A stretch of DNA of 64,000 bases from Alphaproteobacteria bacterium. GTDB lineage: Bacteria; Pseudomonadota; Alphaproteobacteria; GCA-2746255. A program made the position numbers and the translations under genes. Positions 51,445 to 64,000 of the stretch are shown piece after piece. Position 1 is the stretch's first letter. Each line of letters begins with the position of its first letter. The notes under the pieces are model-generated. The model did not search any database. It had not been told where the DNA came from and saw nothing but the letters and a program-made list of their open reading frames with translations. The stretch lies in the NCBI GenBank assembly GCA_965249135.1, contig OZ252220.1, positions 1,408,001-1,472,000 on the forward strand. Reading direction: 5' to 3'.

Positions 51445-52256
51445 CCGAACTTCCGAATCCAACTTTTTCCTGGCGGCGTTCGACGGCGCTTTTGCTGCGC
51501 TACCTCTACCTCTTACGCGGTTCCTGGCCGCGCATCCTGGAACTCACCTACTGGCCGATCGTGCAGATGATTCTTTGGGGGCTGATCACCCAATTCTTCC
51601 TTACGAACAGTTCGTGGCTGATGCAGGCAAGCGGCGTGTTGATCGCCGCCGTCCTTTTGTGGGACGTGCTGTTTCGAAGCCAGCTTGGAGTTTCGATCTC
51701 CTTTCTCGAAGAGATGTGGTCACGCAATCTGGGCCAGCTTTTCGTGAGCCCCTTCCGTCCGTGGGAGTTCGTGGCCTCGCTGCTGACGATCAGTCTGTTT
51801 CGTACGATGATCGGGGTCATCCCGGCCGCCTTTCTGGCGATCGTACTTTACGAGTATTCCATTTTCGAGTTGGGGCTTCCCTTGCTCGCCTTCTTCGTGA
51901 ACCTGCTCGTCATGGGTTGGGCCATCGGTCTGCTCGTCGCGGCGACCATCCTGCGCTACGGGCTTGGCGCGGAAAGTCTGGCCTGGCTTGCGATCTTCGC
52001 CATCGCGCCATTAAGCGGAATCTACTATCCGATCGACGTGCTTCCGGACTGGCTCGTGCCCGTCGCCTATGCGCTGCCGTCTGCCCACGTCTTCGAAGGC
52101 ATGCGGGCCGTGATGTTCGATCACGTGTTCCGCTGGGACCATCTGGGTTGGGCGATCGCGCTCAACGTGCTTTATCTCGGCGGCGGAATTGCCATCCTGT
52201 TGGCGGCCTTCCACACCGCGCGGGTCCGCGGCCTCCTTCTCCAAATGGGAGAATGA
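51441..52256 (+). CDS. ABC-2 type permease
   Basis: Six TM segments, YYPIDVLPDWL. Confidence 0.88.
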   Translation: MTELPNPTFSWRRSTALLLRYLYLLRGSWPRILELTYWPIVQMILWGLITQFFLTNSSWLMQASGVLIAAVLLWDVLFRSQLGVSISFLEEMWSRNLGQLFVSPFRPWEFVASLLTISLFRTMIGVIPAAFLAIVLYEYSIFELGLPLLAFFVNLLVMGWAIGLLVAATILRYGLGAESLAWLAIFAIAPLSGIYYPIDVLPDWLVPVAYALPSAHVFEGMRAVMFDHVFRWDHLGWAIALNVLYLGGGIAILLAAFHTARVRGLLLQMGE

Positions 52257-52366
52257 ACAAGCGAAATTGGCGGATCGGAAAAACTGCCGTATAAGATGAG
52301 GGGACGTGGCCGGGCATAAATGGGTAACCTATTGATAAACACTTATTTTTTCGAGAGAGCGGCGGC

Positions 52367-53008
52367 ATGATCCAAACCACCCGCTGGTGGTGGGTGCGCC
52401 ACGCCAGAGCCCTTAATCATGACAACCGCGTTTACGGAAACACGTTGGACGTCTCCGTCGATACGAGCGATGCGGCCCCCTTCCGCGCGCTGGCAAAGGC
52501 CTTGCCGCAAGACGCCGTTTTGATTCGAAACAAACTGAAACGCACCGTCGAGACGGCAGACGCCATCTCGGCCCAGGGGTTTACGCCTTCGCTCGTCCGA
52601 ATCGACGAGACGATACAGGAGCTTTGCTTCGGCGAATGGCAAGGCTTGACTTACGAAAAGATTCGCGAGGTAAGCGGCGGCCACCCCGTCTGGTTTACAC
52701 CGCTTGATGTGGTCCCGCCAAAAGGCGAAAGCTTTCTCCAAATGCGCGCACGCGTCATTCCCGGCATCGAGCGGCTGACGAAAGAATTCGCCGGGCGCGA
52801 CATCGTCTCCATTTCCCACGGCGGCCCCATCCGGGTCGCCATCGGGCATGCGCTTGGCTTCGACGCCGAACGCTCCATCTGCTTCCGTGTCGACAACCTT
52901 TCGCTTACGCGGTTTGAATACCACCCTCGCTCGGACACGGAGAAGAAAGGTGGAAACTGGTTTGTTTGTTCTATCAACGTGCGGCCGGATCAGTTAGAGA
53001 CCGCCTGA
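52367..53008 (+). CDS. Histidine phosphatase family protein (CobC/PGM-like)
   Basis: WVRHA, ELCFGEWQG, GESF, SHGGPIR. Confidence 0.85.
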   Translation: MIQTTRWWWVRHARALNHDNRVYGNTLDVSVDTSDAAPFRALAKALPQDAVLIRNKLKRTVETADAISAQGFTPSLVRIDETIQELCFGEWQGLTYEKIREVSGGHPVWFTPLDVVPPKGESFLQMRARVIPGIERLTKEFAGRDIVSISHGGPIRVAIGHALGFDAERSICFRVDNLSLTRFEYHPRSDTEKKGGNWFVCSINVRPDQLETA

Positions 53009-53055
53009 TGTCAACCGCCGTGAAGTTTCTTTTATCAAGTTAGGGGGGCGCTCCG

Positions 53056-53739
53056 ATGCCAAAGCGAATTCGAACGCCGCTGATCTTTCTTTTCGTACTC
53101 TCGCTCATCCTGGCAAACGCGTTTTCTGTAAAGGCGGCATCCGATGAGCAGGAACTCGTCGATACGGCGAAGTACACGATAGAACGCCTGCTGACGGACG
53201 AGGTCTTTTCCCAGGTTCCTGCCTATCTTGAAAAGGCGAAGGCCATCCTGATCGTGCCCTCCATGTTCAAGGCGGGGTTCTTCTTCGGCGCCGAAGGCGG
53301 AAGCGGCGTGCTGCTTAGCAAGGACGCGGAGGGGGAATGGAGCTATCCCGCCTTCTACACGATCGGTGGCGCCAGCTTCGGCTTGCAGATCGGCGCGGAA
53401 AATTCGGAAGTGCTGTTCGTCATCCTGACGGATAGCGGCCTTGAATCCATTCTGAATACGTCCGTGAAACTCGGAGCCGATGCCAGCATTGCGATAGGGC
53501 CGGTCGGTGCCGGCATCGAGGGCGCGACGACGACGAGTTTCGGTGCCGACATCGTCGTCTTCTCGCGTTCGGTTGGGCTGTTCGGCGGCGTGGCAGGAGA
53601 AGGAAGCGTTATCTATGGGCGCGAATCCTGGAACGAGAACTATTACGGCGAAGGCACGACGGCGCGGAAGATCGTCCAAGAAGGCAGCGTCCGAAACGAA
53701 AACGCGGACGCGCTTCGCGCCGTGCTCTCTGGAAAATAG
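53056..53739 (+). CDS. Secreted lipid-binding SYLF/Ysc84 domain protein
   Basis: Signal peptide; KAGFFFGAEGGSG, SFGLQIG, GLFGG. Confidence 0.85.
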   Translation: MPKRIRTPLIFLFVLSLILANAFSVKAASDEQELVDTAKYTIERLLTDEVFSQVPAYLEKAKAILIVPSMFKAGFFFGAEGGSGVLLSKDAEGEWSYPAFYTIGGASFGLQIGAENSEVLFVILTDSGLESILNTSVKLGADASIAIGPVGAGIEGATTTSFGADIVVFSRSVGLFGGVAGEGSVIYGRESWNENYYGEGTTARKIVQEGSVRNENADALRAVLSGK

Positions 53740-53740
53740 G

Positions 53741-55216
53741 GTGGGCCGCGTTCCATCCCTGATGATTCAGGGGACCGGATCGGACGTCGGAAAATCGCTT
53801 CTTGTCGCCGGGCTCTGCCGCGTCTTTGCCCGCCGCGGGATGGACGTCCGGCCCTTCAAACCGCAGAACATGTCGAACAACGCCGCCGTCACCATCGAGG
53901 GCGGCGAGATCGGGCGCGCCCAGGCCTTGCAGGCACGCGCCGCCGGCCTGCTGCCGAGCATCCACATGAACCCGGTCCTGTTGAAACCGGAGACGGACAC
54001 AGGCGCCCAGGTCGTCGTTCAGGGCAATGTTGCCGGCCGTGTCGAGGCCCGCGCCTATCAGGGAAAAAAACCGGATCTCCTGCCCGCGGTGCTGGAAAGT
54101 TTCGCCGCACTTTCCGAAGGCGCCGATCTTCTGCTCGTCGAAGGGGCCGGCAGCCCAGCCGAGGTAAATCTTCGCGCCGACGACATCGCGAACATGGGAT
54201 TCGCCGAAGCCGCGGACCTTCCGGTCGTGCTGGTCGGCGACATCGAACGCGGCGGCGTGATCGCCGCCATCGTCGGCACCCGCGAAGTGATCTCAAAATC
54301 CGAAGGCGCCCGCATCCAGGGCTTCATCATCAACAAATTCCGTGGCGACCCGACCCTTTTCGAAGATGGGGTCACCCTTCTCGAGGCGCGCACCGGCTGG
54401 CCATGTTTCGGGGTCGTGCCTTTCCTTTCGGAGGCGCGGCTTTTTCCGGCGGAGGATTCGCTCCCCCTTGCCGCCTACCGGGAAAGCGAGGGACGTGGCA
54501 TTCGCATCCTGGTGCCGGTGCTTTCGCGCCTTGCGAACTTCGATGACCTCGATCCGCTGTTAGCCGAGCCGGACGTAAGCATCGAGATCGTGCCACCGGG
54601 CAAGCGGCTGCCCGAGGGCGCCGATCTCGTCATCCTGGCCGGTACGAAAGCGACGCTCGGCGATCTGCGATTCCTGCGCGAACAGGGATGGGAGGAAGAC
54701 CTTCATTCCCACTACGCCCATGGCGGCTGGATCCTCGGCATCTGCGGCGGCTATCAGATGCTGGGCCAAAGCGTGCGCGATCCCCACGCCATGGAAGGCG
54801 AGGCAGGCGAGGCGCCAGGTCTTGGTTTTCTCGAATGCGAAACCGTGCTGGATCGCGAAAAACGGCTGCATTCCATGGAAGGCGTCGAGCTTGCGAGCGG
54901 GGCAAGCGTGCAGGGCTATGAGATGCATCTCGGCCGATCGAGCGGGGCGGCGCTAGAGCGCCCCGTCTTCCGGCTTGCCGATGCGCCGGAAGGAGCCCAG
55001 TCTGCCGATGGGCGGATCCTCGGCACCTACCTGCACGGGCTCTTTGCCGGTGATGACTTCCGCCACGCCTTTCTCAATCGCATTCGGCCGCGCGAACGAA
55101 GCCGCGTCCATTTCGAGCAGCGGATCGAGCAGATGCTGGGGCGGCTTGCCGATCACCTCGAAGCCTCGCTCGACATCGAGGCCCTGCTCGCGCTTGCGAG
55201 AACCCGTGGCGGCTAA
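53741..55216 (+). CDS. cobQ: Cobyric acid synthase
   Basis: QGTGSDVGKS, PFKPQNMSNN, EGAGSPAE, GICGGYQMLG, GTYLHG. Confidence 0.96.
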   Translation: MGRVPSLMIQGTGSDVGKSLLVAGLCRVFARRGMDVRPFKPQNMSNNAAVTIEGGEIGRAQALQARAAGLLPSIHMNPVLLKPETDTGAQVVVQGNVAGRVEARAYQGKKPDLLPAVLESFAALSEGADLLLVEGAGSPAEVNLRADDIANMGFAEAADLPVVLVGDIERGGVIAAIVGTREVISKSEGARIQGFIINKFRGDPTLFEDGVTLLEARTGWPCFGVVPFLSEARLFPAEDSLPLAAYRESEGRGIRILVPVLSRLANFDDLDPLLAEPDVSIEIVPPGKRLPEGADLVILAGTKATLGDLRFLREQGWEEDLHSHYAHGGWILGICGGYQMLGQSVRDPHAMEGEAGEAPGLGFLECETVLDREKRLHSMEGVELASGASVQGYEMHLGRSSGAALERPVFRLADAPEGAQSADGRILGTYLHGLFAGDDFRHAFLNRIRPRERSRVHFEQRIEQMLGRLADHLEASLDIEALLALARTRGG

Positions 55217-55225
55217 AAGCAAGAG

Positions 55226-56211
55226 CTAAGTGTTGTAGGAAAGGACGGCAACAAGGCCAAAATTGAGCACGGCGCCGACAAAGAACAAATAAAGGGCACG
55301 CTTGATGTCCTGATGGGTGGCCCGTGCGCGCCCCGAACTGATCCAGGGCTCGTCCTCCTTCTCCGCCTCGCCTTTCTTCGGGCCCAGAAGCGCAAGATCC
55401 AGCGCGCCTTTCATGCCGCCACCGGCCAACCGGCGTTCCTATCGGGATGTTTCCAGCCCTCGGGCCCAAGCTGGCGGGCGCTGCGGGCCGGAGACGCCGT
55501 CGGTGTAAAGAGGGCCGCCGCCATCAGAACCAGACCGGCCAAGCGCGCGGGCAGGAAGCCAAGGGCGGCATCCAGGCGCCTGGCTGCGAAGCCGAAGGCC
55601 CGGTGCGACGCGTCGGTGCCGCCGATGCGAGCCTCAAGCACACGGACCGCCCGGCTCAAGAAAACGCCCGGCAGGCCAAGCAAGACGAACCAGAAGACCG
55701 GCGCGACGACGTCCTTGCCGAAACGTTCGGCCAGCCGTTCGATCGCAAAGCGCGCAAAGGCAAAGGAATCCATTTTCGCGCTATCGAAATTCCCCTGCGC
55801 CAAGAAGGGCAGTTGGGCGGGGTTGAAGCGCTCGCCCTTCAACGCTGTGTCAAGCTGGCGCGCCTCGTCGAAGACCTGGCGCTCGGGAATGAGAACCGCC
55901 AGGAGCAAAATTTCGATATACCTTCCGAACGGTGCGCTCGCCACATAGTTCAGAAGACCGACGCCGGCGGCAAAAGCGAGACCGGCCAGCACCAGAACCA
56001 CCAGGGCGCCGCGGATGATGCGGTTTCGCGGGCTCCGTTTCTCCCGGTTGAGACGGCCATCGAACCAACTCGAAGCGCGCCCAAAAATGGCCTCCGGATG
56101 GAAAGGCTTAAGAAACGGAACCGAAAAGCCACCGAGAAGCGCATTGACGACCAGCGCGATCAGAAGGAAAAACAGGGAGTCGGGGCTCCCTCCCGGAAGG
56201 GAAAGCGGCAT
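55226..56211 (-). pseudogene. cobD: Adenosylcobinamide-phosphate synthase CobD/CbiB, frameshifted near 55414
   Basis: HP motif, VAPVFW, RLD...FLPARL; NAGWPVAA|MKGAL is split across frames by a 1-nt loss. Confidence 0.78.
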
Positions 56212-56292
56212 GCGGCGAGCATGGGCCGAAGCGCAGCACGCCGTCAATGCCAGAAGCCACGTTTTCAGCCGAGCAAGGTCCGGTCCGCAAGC

Positions 56293-57054
56293 ATGAATGA
56301 AAAATCCGCCATCCTGCTCTGCGGCCATGGCAGCCGGGATTCGGAAACACTTCTCGAATTCGACGCCTTCGTGAACCGGCTTCGCGCGAAGCTTCCCGCT
56401 ACTATGATCGGTCACGGGTTTCTTGAATTTGCGGAACCGACCATCAGGCAAGGCCTGGAAGAGCTTCGTGCGCGCGGTGCGCAAAGAATCGTCGTGTTGC
56501 CGCTGATGCTTTTCGAAGGCGCGCACGCGCTTCACGACATTCCGGCACTGCTTCAAAGCTTCGAAGCGGCACGTTCGAACCTTCCCCTTCGCTATGGCCG
56601 GGCGTTCGGGGTCGAGGAAAAGCTTTTGGCGATCGTGGCGGACCGTATCCGGGAGGCCGAAGAAGGGATGGGGCCGGGGACGCGGGAGGCAACGTTTCTT
56701 CTGTTTGTCACACGCGGCGCGCGCGATGCGGAAGTGGGAAGGCGGGCTTTAGAAATGGTGATGCGCCTTAAGACCGAACTCGGCCTTGCCGAAGCGCTTG
56801 CCGCCTTCAGCGGCATTGCCAAACCTTCCATAGAAGAGGGTTTAAGGCTGGCGGCGCAATCCGGAGCCAAGCGCGTGCTTGTCGTTCCCTATTTCCTGTT
56901 CACCGGCAAGCTTTTGAAAAAGCTCCGCACCGAAACGGAGGCCGTGGCGGCGGCAAACACGGAAATCGAATTTCACGTGACGAAACATCTCTTCGGCCAT
57001 CCGCTGCTTGAGGAATTCCTCCTCGATCGCATTCGCGAACTCACCGAGGGTTAA
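56293..57054 (+). CDS. cbiX: Sirohydrochlorin chelatase, CbiX family
   Basis: GHGSRD, FLEFAEP, PLMLFEGAH...DIP, PYFLFTG. Confidence 0.85.
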   Translation: MNEKSAILLCGHGSRDSETLLEFDAFVNRLRAKLPATMIGHGFLEFAEPTIRQGLEELRARGAQRIVVLPLMLFEGAHALHDIPALLQSFEAARSNLPLRYGRAFGVEEKLLAIVADRIREAEEGMGPGTREATFLLFVTRGARDAEVGRRALEMVMRLKTELGLAEALAAFSGIAKPSIEEGLRLAAQSGAKRVLVVPYFLFTGKLLKKLRTETEAVAAANTEIEFHVTKHLFGHPLLEEFLLDRIRELTEG

Positions 57055-57093
57055 GGGCTTCTCGGTGGTTCGGCCGCGAGGTAGTCTCGGCCC

Positions 57094-57906
57094 ATGAACG
57101 CGCTTCCTTTGACATTGCCCAGCTTCGAGGCGGGCTCGGTGTGGCTGGTCGGCGCCGGACCGGGGGATCCGGGGCTGCTTACCCTGCTGGCGCTCCATGC
57201 GCTGGGGTCTGCCGACGTCGTCGTCTATGACGCACTCGTCGACAAACGGATACTCAAACTCGCGAACCCCAAGGCCGTCCTCGAATACGCAGGCAAACGG
57301 GGCGGGCGGCCATCCCCGAAACAGCCGGACATTTCGAAGGGCCTGATCGCCCACGCACGGGCGGGAAAGCGCGTGCTTCGGCTGAAGGGCGGCGATCCCT
57401 TCGTCTTCGGCCGTGGCGGCGAAGAGGCGCTTGCGCTCGCCGGTGCGCGCGTGCCGTTCCGGCTGGTCCCAGGCATTACGGCGGCGATCGGGGGACTGGC
57501 TTACGCCGGGGTGCCCGTCACTCACCGCGGCATGAATTCCGCCGTCACTTTCCTTACGGGCCATGCCGACGACGGGGACCTGCCGCGTGACGTCGACTGG
57601 GAAGGGTTGGTGAAGGGATCCCCGCTTTTGATCGTCTACATGCCGATCGGCAATCTCGAGGCGCTCTCGCACCGTCTGATCAAGGCGGGCCGGAAGGCGG
57701 ACGAGAAGGCCCTTCTGATCAGCCGGGCGACGACGCCGGACCAACGGGTCGTCGAGACGACGCTTGGAACTTGCGTCTCGGATGCGAGCGCGAGCGGGGT
57801 CCAACCGCCTGCCCTTTTCGTCGTAGGCCCATCGATCGCCTTGCACGCCGACCTCGACTGGTATGGAGCAATCTTTGATCGGGCCGACAAGAAAGGCGCG
57901 TCGTGA
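57094..57906 (+). CDS. cobA: Uroporphyrinogen-III C-methyltransferase
   Basis: LVGAGPGDPGLLT, RLKGGDPFVFGRGGEE, PGIT. Confidence 0.95.
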   Translation: MNALPLTLPSFEAGSVWLVGAGPGDPGLLTLLALHALGSADVVVYDALVDKRILKLANPKAVLEYAGKRGGRPSPKQPDISKGLIAHARAGKRVLRLKGGDPFVFGRGGEEALALAGARVPFRLVPGITAAIGGLAYAGVPVTHRGMNSAVTFLTGHADDGDLPRDVDWEGLVKGSPLLIVYMPIGNLEALSHRLIKAGRKADEKALLISRATTPDQRVVETTLGTCVSDASASGVQPPALFVVGPSIALHADLDWYGAIFDRADKKGAS

Positions 57907-58496
57907 GCAAGGTCCCATCCCGCTATGCGCTGCCGCTGGCCTTTCTTGTCGCGATCCTCTTCGGGTTCGCCCTTCTTCTGGTCATGCCGACGCCGAAGGA
58001 AGGAAAGAAGGAAGAGATAATTCCAATCGGCGGGCCCTTTGAGCTTGTCGACGGCACGGGAGCGAGGCGGACGGAAGCCGATTTCAAGGGGCAATATCTG
58101 TTGATCTATTTCGGCTACACTTTCTGCCCGGATATTTGCCCCACCACCCTTCAAACGATGGGCAAGGCGGTCGAACGGCTTGGCGAGAAGGGGAAATTGG
58201 TGACGCCGATCTTCATCACCGTCGATCCGGAACGGGACACCGTCGCGCAGATCGGCCTTTACGTTTCAAACTTTCATCCGCGCTTTGTCGGCTTGACCGG
58301 CACGCGTGAGCAGATCGCCGCCGCCGCAAAGGCTTACCGCGTCTACTACGCGAAATCGAGCGAGGACGAACACTACCTCGTCGATCACACGTCGATCCTT
58401 TTCTTCATGGGACCGGACGGGCGTTTTCTTCGCCACTTCCGTCACGCAGACACGGCCGAGAAAATTGCCGAAGGGATGGCACGCTCCTTGAATTGA
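57903..58496 (+). CDS. SCO1/SenC family copper chaperone
   Basis: FGYTFCPDICP, TVDPERDT, VDH. Confidence 0.93.
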   Translation: MSKVPSRYALPLAFLVAILFGFALLLVMPTPKEGKKEEIIPIGGPFELVDGTGARRTEADFKGQYLLIYFGYTFCPDICPTTLQTMGKAVERLGEKGKLVTPIFITVDPERDTVAQIGLYVSNFHPRFVGLTGTREQIAAAAKAYRVYYAKSSEDEHYLVDHTSILFFMGPDGRFLRHFRHADTAEKIAEGMARSLN

Positions 58497-58520
58497 GGCA
58501 CGCACCCGAAGGATGCGCCT

Positions 58521-60989
<2,469 letters not shown>

Positions 60990-61018
60990 TTAGATACCGT
61001 TCTTCGTCCGAATGTCTG

Positions 61019-62194
61019 TCACGCTTCCGGGATGGCCGCTCCGTCGAGGACCCGAAAAAACTGTGCTCGGCCCGCCAGCGGCCGGAAGATGGAGGCTTCC
61101 GTCCCCGTCATCCAGGCTTGCGCCCCCAACGCCTCGATCGCATCGAAGAGCGCCTGACGCCGGGTCGCGTCGAGATGGGCCGCCACCTCGTCGAGCAGGA
61201 GCAGCGGCGGCGTCTTGCGAACTACGCGCTGCAACCGGGCGTCCGCAAGCAGGACGGCGATCAGAAGCGCCTTCTGTTCGCCCGTCGAGCAATCGCTCGC
61301 CGCCACCCCCTTCGTCAGATGGCGGACGGCAAGGTCGCTGCGATGGGGCCCCTCCGTGGCGAGACCGGCGTCCGCATCCCGGCCGCGCAAGGCGGCAAGT
61401 CGGGTCCGGTAACGCTCGGCGATAGCGGGGGCTGCGTCCGTCGCCAGCCAGTCCTCGAGCAAGCCCTTGGTGGCAAGGTCGACGCCTGGGAAGGGGCCCA
61501 CCGCCTCGGCCACCGCCTCGCCCAAATGGTGGACATAGGCGCGGCGCGTCTCGGCGATCGCCACGCCGGTTTCCGCCATCGTCTCCTCAAGCGCGTCGAG
61601 CCAGCCTGGATCGGCAGCCCCTTCCAGAAGGAGGCGGCTGCGCTCGCGCATGGCGCGGCTGTAGTCGGCGAGCCGGGTGGCGTGGGCGGGATCGAAGCCG
61701 AAGGCAAGCCGATCCAGGAAGCGGCGCCGTGCCGACGCCCCGTCCAGGAAGAGGCGGTCCATCTCCGGCGTCAGCCAGGTCGCATGGAGGACGTCGCCGA
61801 GCGTCGCTTGGCTTTTCGGGTCGCGTCCGTTGATCCGAAGCAGGCGCCGGTCGCGACCGCCCTTGATCGCCTTCGGGTCGCGGCCGATGCCGACCTCGAC
61901 CATGCCGTCCGGCGTCTGGACCCCGACGGCGATCGCCCACACGCCGTCGCCCGCCTCCCGGCGCGCAAGGGCGGCGATTTTCGCCCGACGCAGGCCGCGG
62001 CCCGGGACCAGCAGCGAGAGCGCCTCTAAGAGGTTCGTCTTGCCGGCCCCGTTCGGCCCCGTCAGCACGACGGAACTCGCCTCGGGCGAAAGACGCAGCG
62101 TCCCATAATTCCGGAAATCCGTAAGCTGCAGGCGGCGCACCGCGAGGGTGGCGGCAGCCGCCGGCCGCGTGGCCGCAAGGGGATTCGTGCTCAT
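61019..62194 (-). CDS. recF: DNA replication/repair protein RecF
   Basis: FRNY, GPNGAGKTNLLEA, GPHRSDL, STGEQK, LLDEVAAHLD. Confidence 0.97.
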   Translation of the reverse strand: MSTNPLAATRPAAAATLAVRRLQLTDFRNYGTLRLSPEASSVVLTGPNGAGKTNLLEALSLLVPGRGLRRAKIAALARREAGDGVWAIAVGVQTPDGMVEVGIGRDPKAIKGGRDRRLLRINGRDPKSQATLGDVLHATWLTPEMDRLFLDGASARRRFLDRLAFGFDPAHATRLADYSRAMRERSRLLLEGAADPGWLDALEETMAETGVAIAETRRAYVHHLGEAVAEAVGPFPGVDLATKGLLEDWLATDAAPAIAERYRTRLAALRGRDADAGLATEGPHRSDLAVRHLTKGVAASDCSTGEQKALLIAVLLADARLQRVVRKTPPLLLLDEVAAHLDATRRQALFDAIEALGAQAWMTGTEASIFRPLAGRAQFFRVLDGAAIPEA

Positions 62195-62207
62195 GGGCGC
62201 GACTTGC

Positions 62208-63329
62208 TCATACGCGCATCGGCATCAGGACATAGAGCGCGCTTCCTTCGGCGAGGTCGCGCAGGATCGTCGGCGAGCTGGCATCGGCCAGCATCAACTC
62301 GACGTCTTCGCCTTCGATCTGCTGAGCGATGTCGAGAAGGTAACGGGCGTTGAAGCCGATCTCGATCGGATCGGCATCGTATTTCACCGCAAGCTCCTCC
62401 GAGGCGGTGCCGCTTTCCTCGGAGCTGGCCGACAAAAGCAGCTTGCCGGGAGAAAGCCCCAGCTTCACGGACCGGGATTTCTCGATCGAGATCGTCGAGA
62501 CCCGGTCGACGGCCTCCGAGAATTCGCGGCGATTGACGACGAGCGCCTTGTCGTTCTGGGTGGGAATGACCCGCCCGTAGTCCGGGAAGGTGCCGTCGAT
62601 GAGCTTCGAGGTGAGGACGGCGCCGGCAACGGTGAAGCGGACCCGCGTCTCGGAAAGTCCCACCTCGACGGGATTTGCTGCTTCCTCTATCAGCTTGCCA
62701 AGCTCGAGCACCGCCTTGCGGGGCAGGATGACGCCCGGTATGTCGGCCGCCCCCTCGGGCAGCGGCATCTCGACCCGGGCCAGCCGATGGCCGTCCGTCG
62801 CCACCGCCCGAAGGACATCGGTATCCCCGCTCTTCGTCGCATGGAGAAAGATGCCGTTCAGGTAGTAGCGGGTCTCTTCGGTCGAAATGGCGAAACTGGT
62901 GTGCTCGATGAGGTTGCGCAGATCGCCTGCCTCGAGCGTGAAGTTATGGGAAAGCTGATCGCCAGGGATGGCGGGAAATTCCTCGACCGGAAGCGTGCTC
63001 AGCGCGAAATTCGAGCGCCCTGCGCTCAAATTCAGCCGGGCGGCGTTCGCGTCATAGTCGAAGGCGATCTGGGCGCCCTCCGGCAGCTTGCGGACGATGT
63101 CGTAAAGCGTGTGCGCCGGGGCCGTCGCCTGCCCCTTGTTCCCAACGTCCGCGGCCAGGGCCTCGACGATGGTGAGCTCCATGTCCGTCGCCGTCAGATT
63201 CAAGCCGCCCTTCTCGGCGGAAAGCAGAACGTTCGAGAGAACCGGGATCGTCGTCCGACGCTCGACGACTCGCCGAACATGTCCCAAGGACTTGAGAAGC
63301 GTCGTGCGTTCGATGGTGAATTTCATCAC
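62208..63329 (-). CDS. dnaN: DNA polymerase III beta clamp
   Basis: TIPVLSN, ATDGHRL, GTFPDY, GFNARY, VLMPMRV. Confidence 0.98.
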   Translation of the reverse strand: MMKFTIERTTLLKSLGHVRRVVERRTTIPVLSNVLLSAEKGGLNLTATDMELTIVEALAADVGNKGQATAPAHTLYDIVRKLPEGAQIAFDYDANAARLNLSAGRSNFALSTLPVEEFPAIPGDQLSHNFTLEAGDLRNLIEHTSFAISTEETRYYLNGIFLHATKSGDTDVLRAVATDGHRLARVEMPLPEGAADIPGVILPRKAVLELGKLIEEAANPVEVGLSETRVRFTVAGAVLTSKLIDGTFPDYGRVIPTQNDKALVVNRREFSEAVDRVSTISIEKSRSVKLGLSPGKLLLSASSEESGTASEELAVKYDADPIEIGFNARYLLDIAQQIEGEDVELMLADASSPTILRDLAEGSALYVLMPMRV

Positions 63330-63540
63330 AAGCTGCGGTTTCTAAAGCGGTTTTTGGGGCAAGAAATCTCGCCCGCGGTCTGCCCGACGGATGCCGTTAA
63401 AACGCAGCGGAATTGGGCCTCCGAATCGGACAAACATTATATCACAAGCCGTTGGTTTCCGAAGTCTTTTTCAGGACTTTCCGACGCGAAAAAAGGGCGA
63501 AAAACCGCCCTCTTTTCCGCTTCGAAAAACGGGGTTTCGG

Positions 63541-64000
63541 CTAACTCTCGAGCATGCGGCGAAGGAGTTCGATGTCTTCCGAAAAACTCGGGTCGAGGCC
63601 GCGCAATTCTTCGATTTTGCGTACGGCGTGCATGACGGTCGTATGATCCCGACCGCCGAATTTGCGGCCGATTTCAGGAAGCGACCGCGGCGTAAGTTGC
63701 TTCGCCAAGTACATCGCCACCTGCCGCGGCCGGGCGACCGCACGCGAGCGGCGATCGGAATGCATGTCGGAGACCCGGATGTTGAAATGCTCGGCCACGC
63801 GTTTTTGGATTTCCTCGATCGTGACCCGGCGCTCGTTCGCCCTCAGGAGGTCCTGCAGCACCTCCTGGGTCCCTTCCAGGGTGATGTCCTGACCAATCAG
63901 GGTCGAATGGGCGATGACGCGGGTCAGCGCCCCTTCAAGCTCGCGGATATTCGAGGTGATCCGATGGGCCAGGAATTCCATCACCTTCACCGGCACGACG
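63541..64000 (-). CDS. dnaA: Chromosomal replication initiator DnaA (C-terminal part only)
   Basis: [38 protein letters not shown]. Confidence 0.97.
   Translation of the reverse strand, partial: VVPVKVMEFLAHRITSNIRELEGALTRVIAHSTLIGQDITLEGTQEVLQDLLRANERRVTIEEIQKRVAEHFNIRVSDMHSDRRSRAVARPRQVAMYLAKQLTPRSLPEIGRKFGGRDHTTVMHAVRKIEELRGLDPSFSEDIELLRRMLES

Noticed and set aside
56212-56292. Cobalamin riboswitch at the cob genes
   Set aside because: The intergenic gap is only about 80 bp and no B12-box is recognisable.
63330-63540. oriC between dnaA and dnaN
   Set aside because: Somewhat AT-richer, but no clear TTATCCACA boxes were found.

Overview
GC-rich alphaproteobacterial chromosome segment (Rhodospirillales-like gene order, inferred). 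The left flank is housekeeping: addA(partial)-addB-murU-amgK-tsaE-divL-like-ahcY-PTS/rapZ/hprK-pckA-polA. The right flank holds cob genes, SCO and gyrB-recF-dnaN-dnaA(partial). Downstream of tRNA-Arg(CCG) lies a ~29 kb accessory region. It carries a probable lanthanide-type PQQ dehydrogenase with a cytochrome c, a TPR-fused eukaryote-like protein arginine methyltransferase, and a 69-aa Tat-leader peptide ending in (P-T/S-R) repeats directly upstream of an HPr-kinase-like P-loop kinase. It also carries heptose and exopolysaccharide genes, a type I secretion pair with an orphan PqqD/RRE gene, and an Ltp3/Ltp4-like thiolase-fold/DUF35 quartet. The best candidate for an undescribed system is a peptide modification system (precursor + kinase, possibly with RRE, PRMT and phosphatase). 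Several accessory genes have frameshifts or in-frame stops while core genes are intact. All calls are from motif recognition by eye; no searches were run.
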